Source of the DNA: Abditibacteriaceae bacterium | Lineage (GTDB): Bacteria; Armatimonadota; Abditibacteriia; Abditibacteriales; Abditibacteriaceae | DNA: 44,271 bases | Reading direction: 5' to 3' | Assembly (NCBI GenBank): GCA_031425655.1 | Contig: JANPJS010000186.1 | Span: 1 to 44,271 of the forward strand | Part shown: piece by piece, positions 33,921 to 42,537 of the stretch | How positions within the stretch are numbered: position 1 is the stretch's first letter | Layout of the letters: each line of letters starts with the position of its first letter | Program-made: the position numbers and the translations under genes | The notes under the pieces: model-generated | Told to the model about the DNA's origin: nothing | Seen by the model: the letters and a program-made list of their open reading frames with translations, nothing else | Databases searched by the model: none

Positions 33921-36140
33921 ATGATGAAACGCACGATTCTTTCGCTGGCGCTCGCCGCCGGATTCGCAGGCGCCGCGTCCCTTCCCGCAACAGCGCAAAA
34001 CCTTCATCCATCGCTGCCGACGCTGACTGTTCCCAATGGCGCGGGTGTGAACATCCATTTCACCGATCCGCGTCCGGGCGAGATGAAAATGCTCTCCGAA
34101 GGCTTTCGCTTCGTGCGCATGGATTTCGTGTGGAGCGCAACCGAGCGCGTCAAAGGCCAATACGATTTCTCGGCCTACGACCGCTTGATGAAAGCTTTGG
34201 ACGAATACAAGATTCGTCCGCTTTTCATTCTCGATTACGGCAACGCTTTCTACGACGGCGGCCTGTCGCCACACAGCGAAGAAGGGCGCGCGGCGATGGC
34301 GAAATGGGCCGCCGCCGCCGTCACGCACTTCAAAGGGCGCGGTGCGCTGTGGGAGATGTTCAACGAGCCGAACATCAGTTTCTGGAAGCCTGCGCCCAAC
34401 GTGGACGATTATATTTTGCTTTCCAAAGCTGTTGCGACGGCCATTCGCGCCGCCGCGCCGAACGAATGTCACTTCGGCGCCGCGACTTCGACGATTGACC
34501 TCAAGTTTCTCGAAGCGTGTTTCAAAGCCGGATTGCTGGCGCAGTGGGACGCGGTTTCGGTTCATCCGTATCGCCAAAACGACCCTGAAACCGCAAGTGC
34601 CGAATATCGCAAATTGCGCTTGTTGATCGAAAAATACAAGCCCAAAGGCAAGACAATCCCGATTATTTCCGGCGAATGGGGCTATTCGACGGCGTGGAAC
34701 AAGTTCGACGACGAGCGTCAGGGCAAATATCTGCCGCGCCAGTGGATGACCAACCTGATGAACGACGTGCCGCTTTCGATCTGGTATGACTGGCACGACG
34801 ACGGCACTGACGCCAAAGAAGCGGAACATAATTTCGGCAGCGTCGAAAACAAGTATTTCGAGAATCGCGACCCGGTTTACGACCCGAAACCGAGTTACCA
34901 AGCTGCGCGAACTTTCACGCAATTTTTCAACGGCTACACGTTTAACAAGCGCCTGTCGCTGACTTCGCCCGACGATTATCTGCTGCTTTTCGAGAAAAAC
35001 GGCGCCGTAAAACTCGCGGCGTGGACGACTAAAGCGGCGCATGAAATTACGATTCCGGCCTCGCCCGGCGCGTTTCGCGTCAGCAATTATTTGGGCCAAG
35101 CGCAGCCGGACGTAACGGTAGGGCAGGGCGGCTTGAAACTCGTAGTTAGCGACGCGCCGTTGTATTTGGAACCGACGGCGCCGAACGATGTGCTGACCAA
35201 AGCGGCGCAGTGGAAACGAATGCCTTTGGAAATTTTGGTTAAGGCACCGTATCGCTTCGTGCAACGCAATAGTATGGGCGCTCGCACAGCGCTGATGGGC
35301 CGCGATGCGTCCTCTCAAACACTGAGCGAATCGTCAAACGGCGCCACTCAAAGCACCGAGGTTGTGGTGACGAATCCCTTAATGATTTCGGTGCTTCCAC
35401 CGATCAATAATCAAGTCTCGGTGCGTCTGGAAAACCCGTCCGGCGAGGCATTGGCAGGCCGGATTTCGTTAGAAAATGGCGGGGCACAAAACGTCGTTTT
35501 CGCTGCCGGTGAAATCGAGAAAACTGTGTTGCTGCCGAGTTTCGTTATTGATGGCCTCGTTCAAGCCAACGTGCGCTTTCAAGGGGCACAAAAAGAGGAT
35601 GTGGTCGAAGTCGCGCGCTCGTTCCGCGCTTACGATGACTTCGCGCGCAACGCCGATTTTGCCAAAGCCTATCGTGTAACACCCGACGGCGATGCCGCAA
35701 TCGTTTCGGAGCAAAATATCACTCTGGCGCAGCCGGCGGATGGCCCCTCGCCTGCGGGCGGCGCCTCGCTGAAACTCAGTTATCGCATGGAGCCGGGCTG
35801 GAAGTTTTTGCAAATTCAGCCGCTAACGGACGATTTGAAGAAAGTCGAGGGTCAGCCGAAAGCGTTGGGACTGTGGGTTTACGGCGACGGCTCGAACAAC
35901 ACGCTGCGAATGCGCTTCCGCGATGCCACAGGCCAGACTTTTCAGCCCAACGGCACGCAAATTTCGTGGAAAGGCTGGCGTTACTACGAATTTCCGATAG
36001 ACAACACCGGCGGAAATTGGGGCGGCGACGGCCAAATTCACTGGCCGATTAGCGTGGACACTTTGGCGTTGCTCGATTCTGTCAAAAAGCCCGATAACAA
36101 AGGCGAAATTTACCTCAGCGCGCCGGTTTGGGTGTATTGA
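33921..36140 (+). CDS. Secreted GH39/GH5-like glycoside hydrolase with a C-terminal CBM-like domain
   Basis: Signal peptide, 'FVRMDFVW', 'WEMFNEPN', 'DAVSVHPY', 'ISGEWGY' and C-terminal 'LWVYGDGS...ISWKGWRY'. Confidence 0.85.
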   Translation: MMKRTILSLALAAGFAGAASLPATAQNLHPSLPTLTVPNGAGVNIHFTDPRPGEMKMLSEGFRFVRMDFVWSATERVKGQYDFSAYDRLMKALDEYKIRPLFILDYGNAFYDGGLSPHSEEGRAAMAKWAAAAVTHFKGRGALWEMFNEPNISFWKPAPNVDDYILLSKAVATAIRAAAPNECHFGAATSTIDLKFLEACFKAGLLAQWDAVSVHPYRQNDPETASAEYRKLRLLIEKYKPKGKTIPIISGEWGYSTAWNKFDDERQGKYLPRQWMTNLMNDVPLSIWYDWHDDGTDAKEAEHNFGSVENKYFENRDPVYDPKPSYQAARTFTQFFNGYTFNKRLSLTSPDDYLLLFEKNGAVKLAAWTTKAAHEITIPASPGAFRVSNYLGQAQPDVTVGQGGLKLVVSDAPLYLEPTAPNDVLTKAAQWKRMPLEILVKAPYRFVQRNSMGARTALMGRDASSQTLSESSNGATQSTEVVVTNPLMISVLPPINNQVSVRLENPSGEALAGRISLENGGAQNVVFAAGEIEKTVLLPSFVIDGLVQANVRFQGAQKEDVVEVARSFRAYDDFARNADFAKAYRVTPDGDAAIVSEQNITLAQPADGPSPAGGASLKLSYRMEPGWKFLQIQPLTDDLKKVEGQPKALGLWVYGDGSNNTLRMRFRDATGQTFQPNGTQISWKGWRYYEFPIDNTGGNWGGDGQIHWPISVDTLALLDSVKKPDNKGEIYLSAPVWVY

Positions 36141-36153
36141 GAAGTTAACGAAA

Positions 36154-36280
36154 AACCTAAGCGGGAAGTCGGAAAGGGCGGGAAGACGAGAAGGATTTTA
36201 AAGATATCGGAGCGTATTTCAATCCGAACTCCATAAAGTTTTTCCCGTCTTCCCGCCCTTTCCGACTTCCCGTTTAGGTT
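36154..36280. repeat. Intergenic inverted repeat between convergent genes
   Basis: AACCTAAGCGGGAAGTCGGAAAGGGCGGGAAGACG ... CGTCTTCCCGCCCTTTCCGACTTCCCGTTTAGGTT. Confidence 0.85.
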
Positions 36281-36292
36281 TGCGCCCTTCAA

Positions 36293-36949
36293 TCAAACGA
36301 TAAATTCGCGCAGAGTCGCTTCGAGTTCCTGAGGAATCAGCGTGACCAGCACGTCGCTGAGTTCAAAAACGGTGTGCGCGTTGGGAATAAACGCCTCGCC
36401 GTGACGCAAAACCGAAATGATTAAGGTGCCTTTGGGCAAATTCAAGTCGCCCAAACGGGCGCCGTTGAGCGGCGAACGCTCGTCCACGATCAGTTCCATG
36501 ACTTCGATGTTGCTGCGTTCCAAAGCGCCGAGCAAAATCACCGAACCTTGTCCAACTTTCTGGCCGAGCAGGTTGAGCGCCGCCGAAGTCACGCTGACAC
36601 GTTCGCGCACACCTAATTTCTCGAAGAGTTCTTCGCTGTCCGGGTCGTTGACGACGGCGATGATGCGCGTGCGCTTGAAACAATGCGCGGCGATCTGGCA
36701 AACGACCAAGTTGGCCGGATCGTCGGCGCTGGCCGCGATGACTAAATCGGCGCGCTGAATGCCTGCCGCTTTGAGCGTCAGCGGGTCGCAGCCGTCGCCG
36801 AGCATCATTACGTCGCCCAAATCGGCGGCGAGTTGGCGAAACGTGGTTGGGTTGCGCTCCATGAGCAGCACTTCGTAGTCGTTGTTAATGAGCGAGCGGG
36901 CCAGATGATAGCCGATTTTGCCGCCGCCGACGATGATCGCGTAAGCCAT
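36293..36949 (-). CDS. trkA: TrkA-family RCK protein (TrkA-N + TrkA-C)
   Basis: 'IIVGGGKIG', 'GDGCDPLTLKAAGI', and C-terminal 'SPLNGARLGDLNLP...IPNAHTVF'. Confidence 0.88.
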   Translation of the reverse strand: MAYAIIVGGGKIGYHLARSLINNDYEVLLMERNPTTFRQLAADLGDVMMLGDGCDPLTLKAAGIQRADLVIAASADDPANLVVCQIAAHCFKRTRIIAVVNDPDSEELFEKLGVRERVSVTSAALNLLGQKVGQGSVILLGALERSNIEVMELIVDERSPLNGARLGDLNLPKGTLIISVLRHGEAFIPNAHTVFELSDVLVTLIPQELEATLREFIV

Positions 36950-37413
36950 TAAACAACCTCCAGCACGCCGGGATCGCCGAAAACTGCGATTTCGCCGGGC
37001 AATTCGGGATAACTGCCCTTATTAATGTTGATTTCCAGCAGTCCTTCGATAACCGTCGTGGTGCAAATGGTTTCGATGCCGAAATGATGAAAAACCGAGG
37101 CGCGAGCCGGATCGTGCAAGCGTGCCATTGAGCGCTGCACGCCGAAAACGTGCTTCAAAAGCTGCGCGATCATCAGATTGCGATTATCGCCGCCAGTGAC
37201 GGTCACGCCGATGTCGGCTCCCTGGGCACCGGCGCGCTTGAGAACATCCTGATCTAAACCCGAACCTTGATAGGTTTTGCCGCTGAAATTGGCGCCCAGC
37301 CGCACGAACGATTCGCGGACTTCGTCAATAATCGCTACGTCGTGGCCTTGTCCGGTCAGACGCACCGCAAGGCGCGCTCCGACGCGGCCACAACCAATAA
37401 TAAGAATCTTCAT
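36949..37413 (-). CDS. TrkA-N-only RCK protein
   Basis: Start 'MKILIIGCGRVG' at 37413 after AAGGA; the stop overlaps the next start. The ORF extension to 37635 is repeat sequence. Confidence 0.85.
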   Translation of the reverse strand: MKILIIGCGRVGARLAVRLTGQGHDVAIIDEVRESFVRLGANFSGKTYQGSGLDQDVLKRAGAQGADIGVTVTGGDNRNLMIAQLLKHVFGVQRSMARLHDPARASVFHHFGIETICTTTVIEGLLEININKGSYPELPGEIAVFGDPGVLEVV

Positions 37414-37441
37414 TTTGTCCTTAGCCTCGCTAACGGCATTA

Positions 37442-37752
37442 ACCGCAGAGGACGCGGAGGTCGCTGAGAAAACGGGAGAAAAAAGGAGGGTTGAGCTTAG
37501 AAACAGTCTGAAAAATCCCCTCCCCTTGCCGTTTAAGGCGGGTGCCCACTGGGTAGGTGTTAGGGTGGGGTTCTGCCGTGACGCCGAACCCCATCCCCCT
37601 GCCCAGAGGGCACCCGCTTCCCCTTGAAACGGCAAAGGGGAAGGGAGTCGCCGCCACTTTTCAGACTGTTTCGTAGAAAAGCTGCAGGCTTCTCCTCAAG
37701 CAATTGCTCATTTATCTCTTGAAACCTCTGCGTTCTCCGCGTCCTCTGCGGT
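37442..37752. repeat. Composite repeat: REP-like inverted repeat with a nested MITE (37500-37672)
   Basis: Outer arms ACCGCAGAGGACGCGGAG / CTCCGCGTCCTCTGCGGT; inner ends GAAACAGTCTGAAAA / TTTTCAGACTGTTTC. Confidence 0.75.
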
Positions 37753-37758
37753 GTAATT

Positions 37759-39750
37759 TTAATGTCCGCCATGTGCGGCGTGATGTGCGGGCTGCTCCAT
37801 TTGCTCATCCGGCGCTAATTCCACAAACGCCTCGATTAAATACGGCACGCTGACCACGACCACGCCCGGAAGTTCGTGCAAACGCACGTTGAGCAGCAGT
37901 CCGGCGTGGCCGTGCAGCAGCTTGGCCCACCAGCCTTTGGGCACAAATTCGGGAATTACAATCGTGACCAAACTGCGCGGGTCTTGCGCTTGAATCTGTT
38001 TAATGAAGTCCACGACCGGCGCGACCAGCGAGCGATACGGCGACGGCAGCAGCGTCAAGGGCACGCCGCGCGAAAACAATTCCCAGCGTTCGCGCAGGCG
38101 CTTTTCGCGCGTCGGGTCAATCGAAACGTGTAGCGCGCGGGCGTCGGGCGACATCGAGCGCGCGTATTGCAAAGCCGGAATCACGCCCCTGTGAATATCC
38201 GGCACAAGCGCGAAAACGTGGTGCCGCAAGCCCTGCTGAGGCCGGTAGCCTTCGAGCGACAACTGCTTGGCCACGCTGCGATAATGGTTGTTGATTTTTT
38301 GCAGCGTGACCACAATGAGCGGAATGGCGACGGCCACCATCCACGCGCCGCCCAAAAACTTGGTGTAAAGAATAATGCCCGCCACGATGCAAGTCGCCGT
38401 CGCGCCGACCGCGTTGACCGTCGCGTTGAGTTTCCAGTTTGGCGGACGCAATTTGCGCCAGTGCATCACCATGCCGGCTTGCGAAAGCGTGAACGACAAA
38501 AACACGCCCAGGGCATAGAGCGAAATGATGCGCGTGACCGAGCCTTTGAAAATAATCACGATCAGCGCCGAAGCGATTGCAAGCGCGATAATGCCGTTGT
38601 TAAAGGCCAGCCGGTCACCGATGTTGGCCATTTGACGCGGCACATAACGGTCGCGCGCTAAAACCGAGGACAAGCGCGGGAAATCGGCATACGCGGTGTT
38701 GGCTGCCAAAATCAAAATCGCCGCCGTCATCGCTTGAATCACAAAGTAAAACCACGCGATGCCGGTTCCATCGAAAACGCGATGCGCGAGAACGGAAACC
38801 AGCGTTTCCGTCGAGGAAATATGGCCGTGTTCGATGGCGATTTGCCCGTTATGTAATGCGAGAATCGGCTGCGAACCGGACAAATAAGTTAGGCCTGTGA
38901 TGCCCAAAAACAGCGTGACCAGAATCGTCGCCATCCAACCCAAAGTAATGGCCGCGTTGCGCGATTCGGGCGGACGAAAAGCCGGCACGCCGTCGGAAAT
39001 CGCTTCAATTCCTGTAAGAGCGGTGCAACCCGACGCAAAAGCGCGCAAAAACACGAAAATGCTCAAATTCCGCACAAATTCGGGGCTGGCTAAGGTTTTT
39101 TGGTGTTCCAGCGGCTCGTAAACGCTCAAATTACCATTAAAATGCTGATAAAATCCGACGACTAACAACGTGACAATCGAGAGCAAAAACCCGTAAGTCG
39201 GAATCGCAAAAAGCGTCCCGCTTTCCTTCATGCCGCGCAGGTTGAGCAGCGTTACCAGAGAGATGAAACCCAGACACAAATAAACGGTATAGCCCGGATG
39301 CTCTTGCAAATGCGGAAACGCTGAAGTGATGGCCGCAACTCCCGCGGCAATCGAAACCGCAACCGTGAGCACGTAATCAATGAGTAGCGCAGCAGCGGCG
39401 ACAAGTCCGGTTTTTTGCCCGAAATTCTCCTTTGCCACCAGATAAGCGCCGCCGCCTTGCGGATAAGCGTAAACCGTTTGGCGATAGGAGAGCGCTACGA
39501 TCACCAGCAAAATGCCGATGCCGATGCCGACCGGCAAAATATAATTGAGGCGCGACAGCGTTGTGGGGTCAGTGGCAAAGCCGACGGCTAACATCAGCGC
39601 CAGCATGATTTCTTCGGTTGCGTAAGCTGTGGACGACAGCGCGTCCGAAGCGAAAACCGCAAGGGCAATCCACTTCGGCAGCCGTTGATGGTGCGCGTGT
39701 TCGGTCGAAATCGGTTTTCCGACCAGCAAGCGTTTCAAGGAAAACGCCAT
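37759..39750 (-). CDS. APC-family permease, KimA/YdaO-like K+ transporter
   Basis: 'ALAVFASDALSSTAYATEE', 'YPQGGGAY', 'FASGCTALTGIEAISDGVP', 'NTAYADFPRL', C-terminal 'IPEFVP..WW..LLHG'. Confidence 0.88.
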   Translation of the reverse strand: MAFSLKRLLVGKPISTEHAHHQRLPKWIALAVFASDALSSTAYATEEIMLALMLAVGFATDPTTLSRLNYILPVGIGIGILLVIVALSYRQTVYAYPQGGGAYLVAKENFGQKTGLVAAAALLIDYVLTVAVSIAAGVAAITSAFPHLQEHPGYTVYLCLGFISLVTLLNLRGMKESGTLFAIPTYGFLLSIVTLLVVGFYQHFNGNLSVYEPLEHQKTLASPEFVRNLSIFVFLRAFASGCTALTGIEAISDGVPAFRPPESRNAAITLGWMATILVTLFLGITGLTYLSGSQPILALHNGQIAIEHGHISSTETLVSVLAHRVFDGTGIAWFYFVIQAMTAAILILAANTAYADFPRLSSVLARDRYVPRQMANIGDRLAFNNGIIALAIASALIVIIFKGSVTRIISLYALGVFLSFTLSQAGMVMHWRKLRPPNWKLNATVNAVGATATCIVAGIILYTKFLGGAWMVAVAIPLIVVTLQKINNHYRSVAKQLSLEGYRPQQGLRHHVFALVPDIHRGVIPALQYARSMSPDARALHVSIDPTREKRLRERWELFSRGVPLTLLPSPYRSLVAPVVDFIKQIQAQDPRSLVTIVIPEFVPKGWWAKLLHGHAGLLLNVRLHELPGVVVVSVPYLIEAFVELAPDEQMEQPAHHAAHGGH

Positions 39751-39929
39751 AAAATTCTTCCTTTGGCCTGTTGTGATTGATTTCACAAGGACGCAAGCGG
39801 TAATGTTAGCGCGCGATTGAATTGTCGTCAATGACCGATGCTTTTAAGAGCGATAGCGGCTGCGAGGAAGGCTGTTTTGCAATGCTACGCCAGTCGAATG
39901 GCTTTCAGGGCGTTGGTATACTGCGTTTC

Positions 39930-40184
39930 ATGCAAACGATAACGGATTCGGAAAATTCGATGGTAATTTGCGATCCAAAAATCTGTCATGGTCAGCCAAC
40001 GTTTCGTGGCACACGCATTTTAGTGGCTGACGTGCTGGAACAGGTTGCGTCCGGCATGGATTGGGACGCTATAAGCGCAGAATGGCGTGGCGCCATTGAT
40101 AGGGAATCCATCGCACAGGCGGTGCGTTTGGCGCGGCGCAGTTTATTGATGCGCGCGGAAGAGCCGGAGCGAGCCGTCTCGTGA
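39930..40184 (+). CDS. DUF433 antitoxin-like protein
   Basis: 'DPKICHGQPTFRGTRILVADVLEQVASG'; the stop overlaps the next start. Confidence 0.85.
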   Translation: MQTITDSENSMVICDPKICHGQPTFRGTRILVADVLEQVASGMDWDAISAEWRGAIDRESIAQAVRLARRSLLMRAEEPERAVS

Positions 40185-40576
40185 TTGTGCTTGACGAAAA
40201 CGTCATTGAAAATCAAGCACAATTACTGCGTTCGTGGCGTGTTCCCATCCGCCAGATTGGTCGCGATGTGGGGCGCCAAGGGATGCAGGATGATGAGCTT
40301 ATACCACTCTTTCATTCGCTCAGTCGCGTGACTTTCTTTTCACGAGATTTGCGCTTTTATACACGCGAAATACCTCACGCCAACTACTGTCTCGTAGTTT
40401 TGGCTGTAGAACAGCAAGAAACAGCGTTTTTTGTGCGCCGTTTTCTCAAACATCCTAATTTCAACGCAGCGCAAAAACGTATGGGCCTGATTGTTCAGGC
40501 CGGGCACAGTGGTTTGCGCGTGCGAACCTTGAATCAGCCGGGCGATGTTACGATCTCTTGGCTGAAGTTGGTTTAA
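40181..40576 (+). CDS. PIN-like toxin (VapC45/DUF5615-like), partner of DUF433
   Basis: 'IVLDENV...GMQDDELI...FFSRDLRF' in the usual position after a DUF433 gene. Confidence 0.65.
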   Translation: MIVLDENVIENQAQLLRSWRVPIRQIGRDVGRQGMQDDELIPLFHSLSRVTFFSRDLRFYTREIPHANYCLVVLAVEQQETAFFVRRFLKHPNFNAAQKRMGLIVQAGHSGLRVRTLNQPGDVTISWLKLV

Positions 40577-40585
40577 ACCTTTCTC

Positions 40586-41923
40586 ATGCTGATAAAACCG
40601 GGCGAACATTTACAGGGCAAAAACGCGTATTACGAGATGGTCGAAGTCATCGGACAGGGCGCATACGGCACGGTTTTTCGTGCGCGCGACGCCGAAGGCC
40701 GCTTCGTCGTCGTCAAGCAGCTTTTCGATACCGGCTCGGCCTCGCCCGAAGATTTTGAATATCAGCGCCGCCTTTTCTGGCGCGAAGCCGATATTTTGTC
40801 GCAGATTAACCATCCCAAAATCGTGCGTTTCATCGAGCGTATTCCCGACGACGTGCCCGGCAGCGCGCCGCCCGACGGCGATTTGTTTTTGGCTATGGAA
40901 CTGGTGCAGGGGCCGAGTTTGCGGAAGGTTTTCGACGAATGGCGCATCAAAAACAATAATCAGCCGTTCCCGCCCGAAACTGCGGTCGCAGTAGGACTGG
41001 AAATCTGTGAGGCGTTAGATTACGTTCATCGAATGCCCGGCCAGATTATTTACCGCGATTTGAAGCCCGAAAACGTGATGTGGGACGCGCAGGCGCAGGT
41101 TTGCAAATTGGTGGATTTCGGCACAGCGCGTTTTTCCTCGAAAAGCCGCAAAGTCACGCAGGGCTTGGGCACCGAAGGCTACGCGCCGCCGGAATTGTAT
41201 TCAACACGCGCCGATGTAACTTTCAGCGCCGACGTGTTTACTATCGGCGCACTGCTTTACGAATTGCTGACCGGGGAAACGCCCGAACCGAAAGTCACGC
41301 CGCGCAATTTTCGCGGCTACGACCCGCGCATTCCCGACGGTTTGAAGACAATCGTCTTAACCGCGCTGCAAATAGACCCGGCGCGTCGCCAGCAAACCGC
41401 TGCGGCGATGGGCGATGCGCTTCGCAAACTGGGTTTGCAGACCGGGGGCGCTGCTTTGGAAGCCGTCGGCGCCGGGCGCGCTAAGAATTTGCATCCATTA
41501 TTAAGCTGCTTTTGTCCGGCTTGCGGCGCCGCGCCGCGCACCGAACGCGCGATATTCTGCGGCAAATGCCGCGCGCCGATTCACACCGTAATGCTGCGCG
41601 TGCTTCCCAAAGATTCGCCGCCGAGTTTGCTTTATTTGCAAAAAGAAGAATCGCGTTTGGGCCGCACCGACCCCGATACGGGCGTGTTTCCTGATATTGA
41701 TTTGTCGCGCTTCGACGCCGGGCGCTACGTCAGCCGCCATCATGCCAGCATCAAGCGCAACGGCACGCAGTTTTTCCTCACTTCGCAGCCGACCTTGAAT
41801 CCAACGCGCGTAGACGGTTTTCTCGTCTCAGCAGGAGCCGCTGTGCCGCTGCAAGACGGCGCACGCTTGGAATTCGCTGATTTGGTGTGCAATTTCTTGG
41901 TGCGCCCAGTGGCGGGGAATTGA
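40586..41923 (+). CDS. Hanks-type Ser/Thr kinase with a zinc ribbon and C-terminal FHA domain
   Basis: 'IGQGAYGTV', 'VVVK', 'YRDLKPEN', 'DFG', 'GTEGYAPPE'; CPAC...CGKC; FHA 'LGR...VSRHHA...NPT'. Confidence 0.93.
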   Translation: MLIKPGEHLQGKNAYYEMVEVIGQGAYGTVFRARDAEGRFVVVKQLFDTGSASPEDFEYQRRLFWREADILSQINHPKIVRFIERIPDDVPGSAPPDGDLFLAMELVQGPSLRKVFDEWRIKNNNQPFPPETAVAVGLEICEALDYVHRMPGQIIYRDLKPENVMWDAQAQVCKLVDFGTARFSSKSRKVTQGLGTEGYAPPELYSTRADVTFSADVFTIGALLYELLTGETPEPKVTPRNFRGYDPRIPDGLKTIVLTALQIDPARRQQTAAAMGDALRKLGLQTGGAALEAVGAGRAKNLHPLLSCFCPACGAAPRTERAIFCGKCRAPIHTVMLRVLPKDSPPSLLYLQKEESRLGRTDPDTGVFPDIDLSRFDAGRYVSRHHASIKRNGTQFFLTSQPTLNPTRVDGFLVSAGAAVPLQDGARLEFADLVCNFLVRPVAGN

Positions 41924-41926
41924 TTG

Positions 41927-42042
41927 TTAACCACAAAGACACAGAGGCACAAAGAAAACACAAAGATTTATGAAAATGTTTAGAAGCGTTAAGGCTTTCT
42001 TACCTTCATTATTTCTTTGTGCCTCTGTGTCTTTGTGGTTAA
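41927..42042. repeat. Intergenic inverted repeat between convergent genes
   Basis: TTAACCACAAAGACACAGAGGCACAAAGA ... TCTTTGTGCCTCTGTGTCTTTGTGGTTAA. Confidence 0.85.
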
Positions 42043-42407
42043 AACTCGCTTGGAGTTCGTCCGGCCAGTAGAATTGAACACGCGACGGTGGCTTCGAGGC
42101 CCAGTTCTTCGCAGCGGCGCAGCAATTCGTCGCTTTGCGCGCCGGGATTGAGCAGCACTTTTTTGATGCCTTTTTGCGCAACTTCTTCGATGATTTGCAG
42201 GCCGATTTCGGGCAGAACGTAAAAGCTAACGACATCAATCGGGTCGGGGATATTGAGGACGGATGGATACGCTCCGATGCCCTCGATTTCGCTTTCATGC
42301 GGGTTAACGGGGTAAACGGCGTCGCCGCGCTGTTGATAAGCGCGCACGGCTTTGTTGCCGTATTTCGAGCGGTCGCGTGAGGCGCCGATGATGGCAATGG
42401 AGGTCAT
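42039..42407 (-). CDS. CoA-binding protein (YccU-like)
   Basis: 'IAIIGASRDRSKYG...VYPVNP...IDVV...NPGA...ACSI'. Confidence 0.88.
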   Translation of the reverse strand: MTSIAIIGASRDRSKYGNKAVRAYQQRGDAVYPVNPHESEIEGIGAYPSVLNIPDPIDVVSFYVLPEIGLQIIEEVAQKGIKKVLLNPGAQSDELLRRCEELGLEATVACSILLAGRTPSEF

Positions 42408-42537
42408 AAAGGCCTTTCGTTTTTTGACTCCGCACCCTGAATCGGGCTAAAATCTTTTCGAGAAAAACATCGCAATTCGGGCGCCGCGACTTTTATAGAG
42501 TGGCGTTTATAAACTGGGTAGCAGAAGGAAGAATGTT

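Noticed and set aside
33903..35318. 471-aa minus-strand ORF
   Set aside because: Antisense to a well-supported glycoside hydrolase.
37414..37635. N-terminal extension of the TrkA-N ORF
   Set aside because: Translated repeat DNA; the Rossmann motif and RBS place the start at 37413.
39751..39929. c-di-AMP (ydaO) riboswitch upstream of the KimA-like gene
   Set aside because: Expected from the gene family, but I could not recognise the conserved motif; an Rfam scan is needed.
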